From: Minisyncoccota bacterium
GTDB taxonomy: Bacteria; Patescibacteriota; Minisyncoccia; Phycocordibacterales; UBA6065
DNA: 64,000 nt
NCBI GenBank assembly: GCA_035714745.1
Contig: DASTLR010000007.1
Location: 70,205-134,204 of the forward strand
Reading direction: 5' to 3'
Part shown: positions 30,825 to 42,967 of the stretch, one piece after another
Numbering within the stretch: position 1 is the stretch's first letter
Layout: every line of letters starts with the position of its first letter
Position numbers and translations under genes: made by a program
The notes under the pieces: generated by a model
What the model saw: the letters and a program-made list of their open reading frames with translations, nothing else
What the model was told of the DNA's origin: nothing
Database searches by the model: none

Positions 30825-33002
30825 ATGCACCCCCACCACCCTCTCGAAAGCCATTTCCGATTGCTCGGCCCTGTACGGGGGGCTTTGCGCAAGCTGGGCA
30901 TCGCCACGGTGGAGGACCTGCTCTATCACTTCCCCGCCCGCTACGGCGATACGGCCGAGGCGCGGAACATCGCCGGCCTGCGCCAGGGCGACGAAGCCGT
31001 GGTCTATGGCCGGATCTCGCGCCTGAGGACTTCCAAAGGCTTTCGGACCAAGATGGCTATGGCCGACGGCGTGGTCGAGGACGAGTCGGGCAGTATAAAG
31101 TGCGTCTGGTTCAACCAGCCCTACCTGGCAAAGATGATCCCCGAGGGCGCCCTGGTCCGGGTCGAGGGCAAGGTCTCGCAGAAGAGGTCGCGCTCGGGCG
31201 CCGCGGGCGGCCCGGCGGGCGAGCTCTATCTCTCCAACCCAAAGGTCGAGACCGTCGACAAGCTGCCGACCGCCGTGGGCGACTCGCTCTTTGGCGCCGA
31301 CGGTCCCGCCCACACCCTCTATCCCGTCTATCCCGAATCCCGGGGCGTCTCGTCAAACTGGATCTATCACGCCATCCAAAAGGCATTCAAGAGCGGCATC
31401 CTGGACGCCATCCAGGACCCCCTGCCCGCCGACATCCTGGAGCGATACCGCCTGCCGAGCCTCGCCACGGCCCTGGTCTGGATCCATGCGCCGCGCGATG
31501 CCGGCGACGCCGCGGCCGCCCGCAAGCGCTTCGCCTTCGAAGAGATCTTCTTCATCCAGCTAGACCGGCAAAAGGAGAAAAGGGAATGGAAGAAGAACCC
31601 GGCCTTCGTCATCGAGCCGAAGCCCGGCCACATCGAGACCTTCGTCGAGCGCTTCGGCTTCCCCTTTACCGAGGCGCAGTCGCGGGCCGTGGCCGAGATC
31701 CTCTCTGACTTCAAAAAAGGCCACGCCATGTCGCGCCTTTTGGAGGGTGACGTGGGCTCGGGCAAGACGGCTGTAGCCGCCACCACTGCCTATGCCGCGG
31801 TCATGGCCAAGCTCCAGGTCGCCTATATGGCCCCGACCGAGATCCTGGCCGCCCAGCATTTCGAGTCCTTCATCCAGTACTTCCGCCACGCCGGCATCCA
31901 GGTCGGCCTCATCACCGGCTCGGGCTGTCGCAAGTTCCCTTCGAAAATCCCCCGCCCCGACGGCTCGGCCGGCTGGACGGACATCTCGCGCGCCCAGCTC
32001 CTGAAATGGGTGGCGAACGGCGAGATACCCATCCTCATCGGCACCCACGCCCTCATCCAGAAATCCGTCAGATTCAAGAACCTGGCCTACGCCATTGTCG
32101 ACGAGCAGCACCGCTTCGGCACCGCCCAGCGCCGGAAGCTGGTCCGCAAGGACGGCATCCACCCCCACCTGCTCTCGATGACCGCCACGCCCATCCCCCG
32201 CACCCTGGCCCTGACCATGTTCGGAGACCTGGACCTCACTCTCCTCGACGAGATGCCGGCAGGAAGGAAAACGGTGATCACGGAGGTCGTCACAGAAGGC
32301 ACCCGAGAGGAGATGTACGAGAAGGTGCGCCGCGAGCTGCGGGCCGGCCGCCAAGCCTACGTCATCTGCCCGCGCATCGACGAGCCCGACCCGACGAAGG
32401 AGATGGCCGTCATGGCCAAGTCGGTCACGGAAGAGGCCAAGCGCCTCCAGGAGCGAGTCTTTCCCGAATACCGCGTGGCCGTCCTCCACGGCAAGATGAA
32501 GGACGCCGAAAAGGAGCGCGTCATGAAGGATTTCAAGGACGGCAAGGTGCAGGTCCTGGTCGCCACTTCGGTGGTCGAGGTCGGCGTGAACGTGCCGAAC
32601 GCCACCGTCATCCTGATCGAGGGCGCCGAGAGGTTCGGCCTCTCCCAGCTCCACCAGCTGCGCGGCCGCGTCATCCGCTCGACCCATCAGGCGTACTGCT
32701 ATCTCTACGCCGAGAGCCGCGGCGACAAGACCGTCGAGCGCCTGCGGGCCCTGACCACGGCGAAAAACGGCTTCGAGCTGGCCGAGTTCGACCTGCAGTT
32801 CCGCGGAGCCGGACAGCTGTACGGCGGCCGGCAGTGGGGCGTCTCGGACGTGGCCATGGAGGCGCTGCAAAATATCAAAATGGTCGAGGCTGCCCGTGCC
32901 GAGGCCCAGAGGCTCGTGGACGAGGACGACTCGTTCGCCCGTTTCCCTCTTTTAAAGGCCGAGCTCGACAGGAGGCAGAAGCAGAGGATACATTTCGAGT
33001 AA
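30825..33002 (+). CDS. recG: ATP-dependent DNA helicase RecG
   Basis: Wedge domain WFNQPYL, RLLEGDVGSGKT, DEQHRFG, MTATPIPRTL and AERFGLSQLHQLRGRV. Confidence 0.97.
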   Translation: MHPHHPLESHFRLLGPVRGALRKLGIATVEDLLYHFPARYGDTAEARNIAGLRQGDEAVVYGRISRLRTSKGFRTKMAMADGVVEDESGSIKCVWFNQPYLAKMIPEGALVRVEGKVSQKRSRSGAAGGPAGELYLSNPKVETVDKLPTAVGDSLFGADGPAHTLYPVYPESRGVSSNWIYHAIQKAFKSGILDAIQDPLPADILERYRLPSLATALVWIHAPRDAGDAAAARKRFAFEEIFFIQLDRQKEKREWKKNPAFVIEPKPGHIETFVERFGFPFTEAQSRAVAEILSDFKKGHAMSRLLEGDVGSGKTAVAATTAYAAVMAKLQVAYMAPTEILAAQHFESFIQYFRHAGIQVGLITGSGCRKFPSKIPRPDGSAGWTDISRAQLLKWVANGEIPILIGTHALIQKSVRFKNLAYAIVDEQHRFGTAQRRKLVRKDGIHPHLLSMTATPIPRTLALTMFGDLDLTLLDEMPAGRKTVITEVVTEGTREEMYEKVRRELRAGRQAYVICPRIDEPDPTKEMAVMAKSVTEEAKRLQERVFPEYRVAVLHGKMKDAEKERVMKDFKDGKVQVLVATSVVEVGVNVPNATVILIEGAERFGLSQLHQLRGRVIRSTHQAYCYLYAESRGDKTVERLRALTTAKNGFELAEFDLQFRGAGQLYGGRQWGVSDVAMEALQNIKMVEAARAEAQRLVDEDDSFARFPLLKAELDRRQKQRIHFE

Positions 33003-33007
33003 AAAAC

Positions 33008-33610
33008 ATGGACAAGAAACGACAGACGATCGAAACATACGATTCCGCGGCCGAAAGGATGGCCGAGAAATTCAACGGGGTCGGAGCCCGTACGAGCGAT
33101 ATAGAAGAGACGTTCAGACTCCTAAGCAAAGAGAACCCCGCCACGCTCGAGATCGGCTGCGGCAACGGCAGAGACGCCGCTGAGATCCTCAAACATACAA
33201 ACGACTATCTCGGGATCGACATCGCCGAAAGATTCATTGAGCTTGCGAAGCGAACGGCTCCAAAAGGCCGCTTCGAGGTCGCGGATATAGAGAGCTTCGC
33301 CTTTCCCCAGGGTCTCGACGCAATCTTTGCATTTGCCTCGCTCATCCATGTGCCAAAAGAGAGCCTGGCGAAAGTCATCGAAAGTGCCCGCGCGGCTTTA
33401 AATCCCGGCGGCGTCATCCGCATCTCGATGAAATTCAGCGAAGTATACAAAGAAGTCATCAAAGAAGACGAATTCGGCGTCAGAACCTATTACCTCTACT
33501 CTCAAGAAGACATGCGCCAGATGCTCAAGAGCTTCAATCTGGTCAAAGATATCAAGAACGAGCTGCGCGGACAGACTTGGATAGAGATCCTCGCCAGGAA
33601 ATCGCAATAG
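33008..33610 (+). CDS. Class I SAM-dependent methyltransferase
   Basis: LEIGCGNGRD and ASLIHVP motifs. Confidence 0.88.
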   Translation: MDKKRQTIETYDSAAERMAEKFNGVGARTSDIEETFRLLSKENPATLEIGCGNGRDAAEILKHTNDYLGIDIAERFIELAKRTAPKGRFEVADIESFAFPQGLDAIFAFASLIHVPKESLAKVIESARAALNPGGVIRISMKFSEVYKEVIKEDEFGVRTYYLYSQEDMRQMLKSFNLVKDIKNELRGQTWIEILARKSQ

Positions 33611-33763
33611 CTAAAGCAAAAAACCGCCCTCTTGAGCGGCTTACCGCTTGCCGTCTGCTTGCGGCGATCTGAGACCCGGTAACCTTGCCTTATATCTCGC
33701 TCTGCCGGACCTTAACGTCAATCTTGCTTGACTTCACATATCTATCGTATATACTTCGGTTAT

Positions 33764-34054
33764 ATGAAGACTATAATCAACATAAAAGCCGACAAAGAGG
33801 TGAAGGATCAGGCCGCTTCCGTCGCGGCCGACATGGGCCTGCCTCTCAGCACTGTCGTCAACGCCTTCCTCAAGCAATTCATCGCCGAGCGAAGGATCGA
33901 ATTCGTCGCTCCGTACAAGCCCTCGCCCATGCTAGCAAGGGTTCTTCGCGATGCCGGCAAGGATATACGGAAGGGCAAGAATCTCTCTCCCCTTCTCACT
34001 ACCCCTGACGCCATCGACGACCATCTCGCTTCGTTAAAAAAGCGCAATAAATAA
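33764..34054 (+). CDS. RelB/DinJ family antitoxin
   Basis: INIKADKEVK.QA..VA..MGLPLSTVVNAFLKQFI ribbon-helix-helix. Confidence 0.88.
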   Translation: MKTIINIKADKEVKDQAASVAADMGLPLSTVVNAFLKQFIAERRIEFVAPYKPSPMLARVLRDAGKDIRKGKNLSPLLTTPDAIDDHLASLKKRNK

Positions 34055-34061
34055 CCGCTGC

Positions 34062-34328
34062 ATGGAGATAAGCGGCATCATATTCCATAAAAGATTCGAA
34101 AAGACGTACGCGAAGCAGAGCCGAAGCGTACAAGACGCCTTTATCGAACGAAAGAACGTCTTTCTTCGATCGCCTGAGAGCCCAGCACTCCATAACCACC
34201 CGCTTAACGGCGAATGGTCAGGCTATCGGAGCATCAATGTCACGGGAGACGTGCGCGCCGTCTACATCCTGTCTGGAACAGTCGCCGTTTTTGTGGCGAT
34301 CGGCACGCACTCAAAGCTCTACCGATAG
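34062..34328 (+). CDS. RelE/YafQ family mRNA interferase toxin
   Basis: F.K.Y, L.NHPL.GEW.GYRSINVTGD.RAVY and IGTHSKLY motifs. Confidence 0.9.
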   Translation: MEISGIIFHKRFEKTYAKQSRSVQDAFIERKNVFLRSPESPALHNHPLNGEWSGYRSINVTGDVRAVYILSGTVAVFVAIGTHSKLYR

Positions 34329-34384
34329 AAAAGGTTACGTCTTCCACTTGACCGTGACCGCTTCTTAGGTAGGGTTAGAAGCAG

Positions 34385-34945
34385 ATGAACCTGACCATTA
34401 CCGACAGAGCTTCTCTTGAGCGAACGCTCAGGGAGCACGGCATTCCCCTGGAACGATGGGGCGTAGAAAAGGCCAAGTCCCCTGCGGACTTGTTGAAAGA
34501 GATCCTGAGCGGCGAAAGCACGCTCCAAGTATTGGATGGAAAGCTGGTCCGCAGCCTGCGGGTCGTATTCGTCGACGTATGCTTCAATAAGGAAGGCAAG
34601 CTGCTGGTCCTCAAGGAAGACCGCCAGATATTCGCCGACGGTCGGACGCGCAGCCGCGAGCTTGAAGGGAGCATCGGCGAGAAGCTCGTGGCGAGCGAAG
34701 ACGAAGCCCTGGGGGCGCGACGGGGCCTCCACGAAGAGCTGGGATTTCCCATCGACATCGAAGTCCGACCATACGGGATATCAAGGGAGACGATCGAATC
34801 GCCCTCCTTCCCCGGCCTGACGAGCGAGTATCTGAAATACCGCTTCTCGACGACGATCTCTGCCGATCTCTTCAAGGCCGAAGGATACGTCGAGGACGAC
34901 GGCCGCAAGGAGACGTATTTCGTCTGGACCGAAGCTCAGTCGTGA
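34385..34945 (+). CDS. Hypothetical NUDIX-like protein
   Basis: WG...AK...DL..EI..GES.L, GEK....E......RRGL.EELG and SPSFPGL...Y motifs. Confidence 0.65.
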   Translation: MNLTITDRASLERTLREHGIPLERWGVEKAKSPADLLKEILSGESTLQVLDGKLVRSLRVVFVDVCFNKEGKLLVLKEDRQIFADGRTRSRELEGSIGEKLVASEDEALGARRGLHEELGFPIDIEVRPYGISRETIESPSFPGLTSEYLKYRFSTTISADLFKAEGYVEDDGRKETYFVWTEAQS

Positions 34946-35003
34946 CCTGAACGCGAACAGGGCCCCATGGCCCTGTTTTTTACGTGTCCGTCTATTTCTT
35001 TCG

Positions 35004-38000
35004 CTACTTCTTAGGCCGCATCAATATCAGGTAGAAGGCCGGCACTACGTAGAGGGTCAGGAAGGACGAGAGCATGAGGCCGAAGATGACGGCCGAGCCC
35101 AGGGCGCGCCAGAACTCGTCCGACATGGTGACCGGCAAGATGCCGAAGATGGTGCAGATCGAGGTGATGAAGATGGCCTCCAGGCGCGACTTGCCGGCGT
35201 CGGCCACCGCGTCGTCAAAGGCGATGCCGCTCTCCACGTTCAGGCCGATCTTGTCCACCAGGATGATGGAGTTCTTTACCACGATGCCGAAGAGGGCCAG
35301 GATGCCGATCAGGCCCGGCAGGCCCAGCGAGACGTCAAAGACCGCCATGCCCAGGAAGACGCCGATGAGGGCGAGAGGGATCGGCACCAGGACGATCAGA
35401 GCCTTCCTAAAGGAATTGAACTGGATGACCAGGGTGGCCACGATGAGCATGATGGCGATGAGCATGGCCCGGACGATAGAGGCGAACGACTCGGCGTTCT
35501 GCTCGTTCTCGCCGCCAAAGGTCAGGGCATAGCCCTGCGGCAGGCGGTACGAGGCGGTCTTCTTTTGGAAGGCGGCCAGGATGGTCGGGCCGTTCGTCGT
35601 CGAGTCGGCGGCGGCGGTCAAAAGGACGGTCCTCTTTTGGTCGATGCGGGTGATGGCGTCGACGGCCGGCACGAGCTCTATCGTCGCCACGTCCTTGAGG
35701 AAGACCGGCTCCTTGCGGGCGTTGAGGATCTCCAGATTCTGGATCGCCGCCAGATTAGGGATAGTCTGAGGGTCGAAAGTGGCCCGCAAACTGATCTCCT
35801 TCTCGCCCTTGATGACCTTCATGATCTCCAAGCCCGAGATAGCGGTGCGCAGGGTCGCGCCCACCGAGACGGCAGAGAGCGAGTTCCTCTCGAGGGCCGC
35901 ATGGTCGAGCCTAAAGGTGTACTCCGGCACCGAGCCCTTGAGAGAGGTGTCGATATTCACTACGCCCGGTATCGTCGAGAGCTGGACGCGCAGGTCGTTG
36001 ACGATCTTTGCGATGACGGTCAGGTCTTCGCCCGCGATATGCGCCTCGAACGCCGCGCCGGCCGGAGGACCGCCCGTCTGCGACGAGACGCTGGCCTCGA
36101 TGCCGGGAAAGCGCGCCTCCGCCAGGTCCTTGCGCAGGACGTCTGCGAACTGGAACGACTTCATAGAGCGGAGCTTCTTGTCCCGCAGGGTGAGAGTGAT
36201 CGAAGCCACGTTCGACGAGCCCGTGCCGCCGCTGAATCCGCCTCCGCCCGGGCTCGAGCGGCCGATGACCGTCGAGTAGCTTGCCACGTCGGCATAGCCG
36301 AGCATCTTCTCCTCCACCGGACGGGCCAGCCTGTCAGTCTCGGCCAGAGTCGAGCCGACCGGCGCGCGCAGGTCGACGTAGACGTAGTCCTGGTCAGACT
36401 GCGGGAAGAACTCGTTCCTGATGACGCCGGTGCCGACCAGGACGATCGAGAGGACGAAGAGCGCCGCCACGCCGCCCAGGACGCGCCTGCGGCGCTTCTT
36501 CTCGAAGATGAAATGCTTGAGCGAGCGCTCGTAGATAGGCAGGAAGCGATGGAAATTGACGATGCCGTGGATGAGCCTGCCCGTCAGGTTCTCGTGCTCG
36601 CGCGATCCCTGGGCGGCGAGCTTGGCCTTGACCAGGGAGTCGTCCCGCCATTCCCTCTCGACGAGCGCGGCGTTCGCCGCCATCGCCTCGCGCCCGCCCT
36701 TTTCATACCACCAGATGAGCCAACCCTCGATGGCTAGGGCGATGACGCCCAGGACGACGAAGATCGCCCCGCCGTAGTAGAACATCAGGCCGGCAAAGAC
36801 GATGAGCAGCCCCTCGGTGAGGAAGAACAGCCTGCGGGTCATGCGGATGCGCTCGAGCACGGCTGCGAGCGGATGGTTGATCATCAGGGCGATGAGGAGC
36901 GAGGCCGCCAGGGTGATCGAGACGGTCACCGGGATCGATTTCAGGTACTCGCCGACGATTCCCGAGGCCATGAGGAGCGGCAGGAAGGCCCAGACCGTGG
37001 CCAGGGTCGTGGTGGTGAGCACCCATTTGAAGTCGCGCAGGACCAGGAGCACGGCTTCCTCGGGCGTGAATTTGCCCGTATTGAGGTACTGCTTGGTCGC
37101 CGAGACCACCACGATGGCGTCGTCGACGAGGAGGCCGAGCGAGAGTATCAGAGAGAAGAGCGAGAGGAAGTTCAGGGTATAGCCGAGCACATGGAGCGCA
37201 CCGAAGCTCACGAAGAACACCAGGGGGATGGCCAGGCCAGCCACAAAGGCCTCCTTCAAGCCGACGATGAGGAAGAGGATGACCGAGACCAAGAGCACGG
37301 TGATGAGGAAGTCGTGCGAGAGCTGGTCGAAGCTCGTCCTGACCTCCTTGGCCATATCAAGGGTGACCGTATAGGCCATGCCGGGCGCCGCCTGGGCGAT
37401 GGCCCGGTCGACGGCCCGGCGGGCGGCGTCGGCAGTGTCCAGGACCGACGCCCCCTGCCTCTTGATGACCGACAGGCTGACGGCGTTCTTTGGCGCGGCG
37501 CCGCCGATCGAGAGCCGTGAGTACGAGGTCTTCTTTACAGCCGTCTCCGTGACCTGGGCCACGTCGCGGACATAGACCGTTCCCCCATCGGCAGTATGGG
37601 ATATCGGCAGTGCCGCGATGTCGGCTGCTTCCGTCACCCGGCCGTCCGAGCGGATCGGAAAGATCAGCGTGCCGTTCTCGAAGTTGCCCGCCGGCATGGC
37701 GGCATTGGCAGAGGCGATGGCCCTGTTGGCGTCGTCGGCGCTGATACCGTAGAAGATCAGGCTGCCCGGGTCATAGGCGATCTGATACTCCTTCTCGTCG
37801 CCTCCGGATATGCCCACTTCGCGCACGCCGGGGATCTTTTCCAGCTCGTCCTGGACCGTCTCGGCGAATTCGCGCAGGGTAAAGCCGTCGTACGGCCCGG
37901 TCAGCGATATGGACCAGATCGGCGTATCGTCGAGGGAGATCTCCCTGACCGCCGGCTCCTTGGCCTCGGTCGAGAGATCGGGCTTGGCTTCGGCGACCTT

Positions 38001-38399
38001 GTCGCGCAGGCGGCGGATGGCGTCCTCCAGGTCTTCCTTGGCGTTGAACTCGACCTGGATGACCGAGAGCGAGTTATACGAGGTGGAGGTCAGCTTCTCC
38101 AGGCCCTTGAGGCCCGAGAGCTTCGCCTCGACCTTCTTGGTCACGAACTCCTCGACGTCCGAGGGCGAAGCGCCGGGATAGGCTATGGAGACGATGCCGA
38201 TAGGGATCTTTACCTCGGGGTTAGACTCGCGCGGCAGGCTAAAGAACGAATAGAGGCCCCAGACCGTGATGACGGCGATCAGCAGGATGACCACCCGGAA
38301 GTTGGTGACGAAGAAGTTCAGCCAGGTCGAACGGAGCTTGGGGTCGAACTCCAGGCGTTCCAGGTATCTGCTGTCGGAAGAATGTTCGGTGTTTTTCAT
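35004..38399 (-). CDS. RND efflux transporter permease (AcrB/AcrD/AcrF family)
   Basis: YPGASP..VE, GLLVDDAIVV, GIVVKNSIILVD and SRL..I.ITS motifs. 1131 aa. Confidence 0.95.
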   Translation of the reverse strand: MKNTEHSSDSRYLERLEFDPKLRSTWLNFFVTNFRVVILLIAVITVWGLYSFFSLPRESNPEVKIPIGIVSIAYPGASPSDVEEFVTKKVEAKLSGLKGLEKLTSTSYNSLSVIQVEFNAKEDLEDAIRRLRDKVAEAKPDLSTEAKEPAVREISLDDTPIWSISLTGPYDGFTLREFAETVQDELEKIPGVREVGISGGDEKEYQIAYDPGSLIFYGISADDANRAIASANAAMPAGNFENGTLIFPIRSDGRVTEAADIAALPISHTADGGTVYVRDVAQVTETAVKKTSYSRLSIGGAAPKNAVSLSVIKRQGASVLDTADAARRAVDRAIAQAAPGMAYTVTLDMAKEVRTSFDQLSHDFLITVLLVSVILFLIVGLKEAFVAGLAIPLVFFVSFGALHVLGYTLNFLSLFSLILSLGLLVDDAIVVVSATKQYLNTGKFTPEEAVLLVLRDFKWVLTTTTLATVWAFLPLLMASGIVGEYLKSIPVTVSITLAASLLIALMINHPLAAVLERIRMTRRLFFLTEGLLIVFAGLMFYYGGAIFVVLGVIALAIEGWLIWWYEKGGREAMAANAALVEREWRDDSLVKAKLAAQGSREHENLTGRLIHGIVNFHRFLPIYERSLKHFIFEKKRRRRVLGGVAALFVLSIVLVGTGVIRNEFFPQSDQDYVYVDLRAPVGSTLAETDRLARPVEEKMLGYADVASYSTVIGRSSPGGGGFSGGTGSSNVASITLTLRDKKLRSMKSFQFADVLRKDLAEARFPGIEASVSSQTGGPPAGAAFEAHIAGEDLTVIAKIVNDLRVQLSTIPGVVNIDTSLKGSVPEYTFRLDHAALERNSLSAVSVGATLRTAISGLEIMKVIKGEKEISLRATFDPQTIPNLAAIQNLEILNARKEPVFLKDVATIELVPAVDAITRIDQKRTVLLTAAADSTTNGPTILAAFQKKTASYRLPQGYALTFGGENEQNAESFASIVRAMLIAIMLIVATLVIQFNSFRKALIVLVPIPLALIGVFLGMAVFDVSLGLPGLIGILALFGIVVKNSIILVDKIGLNVESGIAFDDAVADAGKSRLEAIFITSICTIFGILPVTMSDEFWRALGSAVIFGLMLSSFLTLYVVPAFYLILMRPKK

Positions 38400-38414
38400 C
38401 TTGATTGGCGTTGG

Positions 38415-39926
38415 CTAGCGTGCCGCGTCGACCGCCTGGCCGTCCTCAAGGCCATACACCGGGGTCGCTATGCGCAGGTCGTCCTCCAGGCCCGCCGTCA
38501 CCTCGACGAAATCGCCCTGGACCTTGCCCAGGGTGACCGAGCGCCTGACCGCCCTACCCTGGTCGTCGACGGTAAAGACATAGGCGTCGCCCGGCACGAT
38601 CTGGACATCTTGGATCGGCAGGAAGTAGGAGCCCGCGGCGGCCGAGCCCTTCGGCGACTTGATCGATATGGCGACGCTCTGCCCTACCACCAATCCGGAA
38701 GCGTCCGAGTCTGATACGGATATCGTGACTTCGGCCTTCTTGCTCGCGGCGCTGACCGCGGGCGAGACCGCGGCGACCGTGCCGGCGACCGTGCCCTGGA
38801 CGAGGGCCGGCGCTCCTTTGACGATGCGGGCCAGATCGTCGCCGCTGACATAGGCCTTTACCTGGAGGCCCTGTCCGCCGACGACGGTAGCCAGGAGGGT
38901 GCCGGGCGAGGCGAGCTCGCCGACGCGCAGCGGCATAGCCGCTATCTTGCCGGTGATAGGCGAAGCGATGACGGTCTTGGCCAGCTCGGCTTCAAGGCTC
39001 TTGACCCCGGCTTCGGCCGAAGCGATGCCGGCGTCCGCGGTAGTGCCGCGCGAGGTCAGGGCGTTGCGCAAGGCAGAATCAGCGGCGGTGACCGCCGAGG
39101 AAGAGCCCGAGATAGAGGACTTCGCCGCGCCGGCCGTCGACTTCCAGCCGTTCACCACGGCCGCGTCCGCAGACGACGTGTCCTTTGAGACGGAGTTCAG
39201 GGCGACCGTCACGTCGTCGAGGAGGGTCGAAGCCGCAGCCAGGGCGGATTTCGCCTGGGCCAGGGCGGCAAAGAGCTCGGCGTCGGTCGAGGCCGAAGAC
39301 AGGGCGTCTACCCGCTCCTTGAGCGTGGGGAAATAGTTCGACAGGTCGTCGCGCGAGGCGTGCAGGCGGTCGACGAGCTGGATGTCGCCGACGCGAGAGG
39401 CCAGCGACGAGACGCCGCCCGAGGAGTTGAAGAGGAACTGGTCGATCTGGCCGCGGATGGCCTGGTCCAGGGCGGCAAAGGCGTCGCGGGCTCTATCGGT
39501 CGCCGATGTGCGGGCCGAGCCCAGCGAGACGGCGGCCGTCTCGGACTGGCCCTGGGCCAAGAGCAGGGCGGCCCGCGCCTGGTCCAAGCGCGCGCGGATA
39601 TCGGCGTTCTTCAATTCCAGGATCGTCTGTCCCGCATAGACTGAATCCCCCACCGATGCGGCTATGTACGAGACGGGCGCCGAGACCTGGCTGCGCAGGT
39701 CTGCCTGAGCAACCGATTCCACCGTGCCGTTGGCGGCTATAGAGGAGCCATCCTGCCTAAAGGCCGCCACGTCTACAAGGGTCACCTGGCGCGCGGCTGC
39801 CTTGGCCGACTGCTCTCCCCCTTTGCGCGCCGCCACCCTGCCCGCCACGACCATGACGACGACGGCTATGACGGCGATCGCCGTAGCCAGGACCGAATGC
39901 CTTTTCAGATATGTGAAGATGTTCAT
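38415..39926 (-). CDS. RND/HlyD-type membrane fusion (periplasmic adaptor) protein
   Basis: N-terminal transmembrane segment, lipoyl half-motifs, long coiled coil, I.SPI.G and VEV..GL. Confidence 0.88.
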   Translation of the reverse strand: MNIFTYLKRHSVLATAIAVIAVVVMVVAGRVAARKGGEQSAKAAARQVTLVDVAAFRQDGSSIAANGTVESVAQADLRSQVSAPVSYIAASVGDSVYAGQTILELKNADIRARLDQARAALLLAQGQSETAAVSLGSARTSATDRARDAFAALDQAIRGQIDQFLFNSSGGVSSLASRVGDIQLVDRLHASRDDLSNYFPTLKERVDALSSASTDAELFAALAQAKSALAAASTLLDDVTVALNSVSKDTSSADAAVVNGWKSTAGAAKSSISGSSSAVTAADSALRNALTSRGTTADAGIASAEAGVKSLEAELAKTVIASPITGKIAAMPLRVGELASPGTLLATVVGGQGLQVKAYVSGDDLARIVKGAPALVQGTVAGTVAAVSPAVSAASKKAEVTISVSDSDASGLVVGQSVAISIKSPKGSAAAGSYFLPIQDVQIVPGDAYVFTVDDQGRAVRRSVTLGKVQGDFVEVTAGLEDDLRIATPVYGLEDGQAVDAAR

Positions 39927-39946
39927 GTGTGTTATGTGTTGCCGAG

Positions 39947-40019
39947 TGCGCCTACTTGGACTCGAACCAAGGACCGGCCCGGTATAAGCGGGCTGCTCTA
40001 CCAACTGAGCTATAGGCGC
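39947..40019 (-). tRNA. tRNA-Ile(TAT)
   Basis: GCGCCTA TA GCTC AGTTGGTA GAGC A GCCCG CT-TAT-AC CGGGC CGGTC CTTGG TTCGAGT CCAAG TAGGCGC A forms a perfect cloverleaf. Confidence 0.92.
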
Positions 40020-40098
40020 GATACGCCCATACTATGGCATAGGGGGCCGGTAAGCAATCTCTGCCGATACAGGCTATACTTACCCCGAAGGAGGTCAC

Positions 40099-40497
40099 AT
40101 GACCCACAGCACATTGCCGCCCGAAAGGGTGTTCCTCATATTCAGGGATGCGGCCTTTATGCTCGTCTCGGCCAAGGACGGCGTCCACGGCTGGGATATC
40201 GCGAGCGGGATGATCCGCGACGTCACGCCCGGACAGACCGAGCTCCTGCTGAGGGAGCATTTCGCCGAGGTGATCGTCGAATCGGTCTCGGAGGTCCGGC
40301 TGCTCGAGCTCGAGCAGGCCGGGTCGCCGTTCATCGGGACGATGGTATATCTGTGCGTGATCGCCAAATCCTCGCGCGGCAAGAACGGCAAGGTCTATGG
40401 CGTCACCCGCCACAACTTGCAGGTCTTGCCGAGCGGCATGAGCCCGCGGGCAGAAGCCGCCGTAGCCCTTGAATACGTGCAAAGCCGCCTCGGCTGA
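40099..40497 (+). CDS. Hypothetical protein
   Basis: TATACT -10 box, AAGGAGGT Shine-Dalgarno and a downstream terminator. Confidence 0.7.
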   Translation: MTHSTLPPERVFLIFRDAAFMLVSAKDGVHGWDIASGMIRDVTPGQTELLLREHFAEVIVESVSEVRLLELEQAGSPFIGTMVYLCVIAKSSRGKNGKVYGVTRHNLQVLPSGMSPRAEAAVALEYVQSRLG

Positions 40498-40523
40498 GGC
40501 GGCTTTTTTCGCGCGTGCGGCGG

Positions 40524-42443
<1,920 letters not shown>

Positions 42444-42514
42444 TTCGATTGGTTATCTGCTGATTATATCAGCTCTATCAGATACTGTGTCGGATACTGT
42501 GATAGCATACACTC

Positions 42515-42955
42515 ATGCTCGCGGAACACAAACGCGCCCGCTTCGACTACGAGATCCTCGAGGAATACGAGGCCGGCATCGAGCTGCTGGGCCTGGAGGT
42601 CAAGTCGCTGCGCGCCCACGGCGCCGTCCTGGACGGCTCCCACGTAACAATACGCGGCGGCGAGGCGTATATCATGCAGATGGCCATCCCGCCCTACCAG
42701 CCGGCCAACACGCCGCAGGAGTATGACCCCTTGCGCGTCCGCCGCCTGCTCCTGACCAAGGCTCAGATAGCCGACCTGGCCGCCCTAGAGGCCGGCAGAG
42801 GGTTGACAATTGTGCCTTTAAAGGTGTATAATAAAGGAAAGAAGGTCAAGGTCGCCATCGCCGTCGTCCGCGGCAAGAAGAAATTCGACAAGCGCGAGAC
42901 CATCAAGGAGCGCGAGAGCGACCGAGAGATACGCAGGACTTTGAAAAAAGAATAG
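42515..42955 (+). CDS. smpB: SsrA-binding protein
   Basis: ARFDYEILE.YEAGI.L.G.EVKSLR and GKKKFDKRETIK motifs. Confidence 0.96.
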   Translation: MLAEHKRARFDYEILEEYEAGIELLGLEVKSLRAHGAVLDGSHVTIRGGEAYIMQMAIPPYQPANTPQEYDPLRVRRLLLTKAQIADLAALEAGRGLTIVPLKVYNKGKKVKVAIAVVRGKKKFDKRETIKERESDREIRRTLKKE

Positions 42956-42967
42956 CGACGCAAAAAC

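Noticed and set aside
32006-33610. 534 aa ORF apparently fusing a long N-terminus to the methyltransferase
   Set aside because: The N-terminal part is an off-frame shadow of recG. The real gene starts at ATG 33008.
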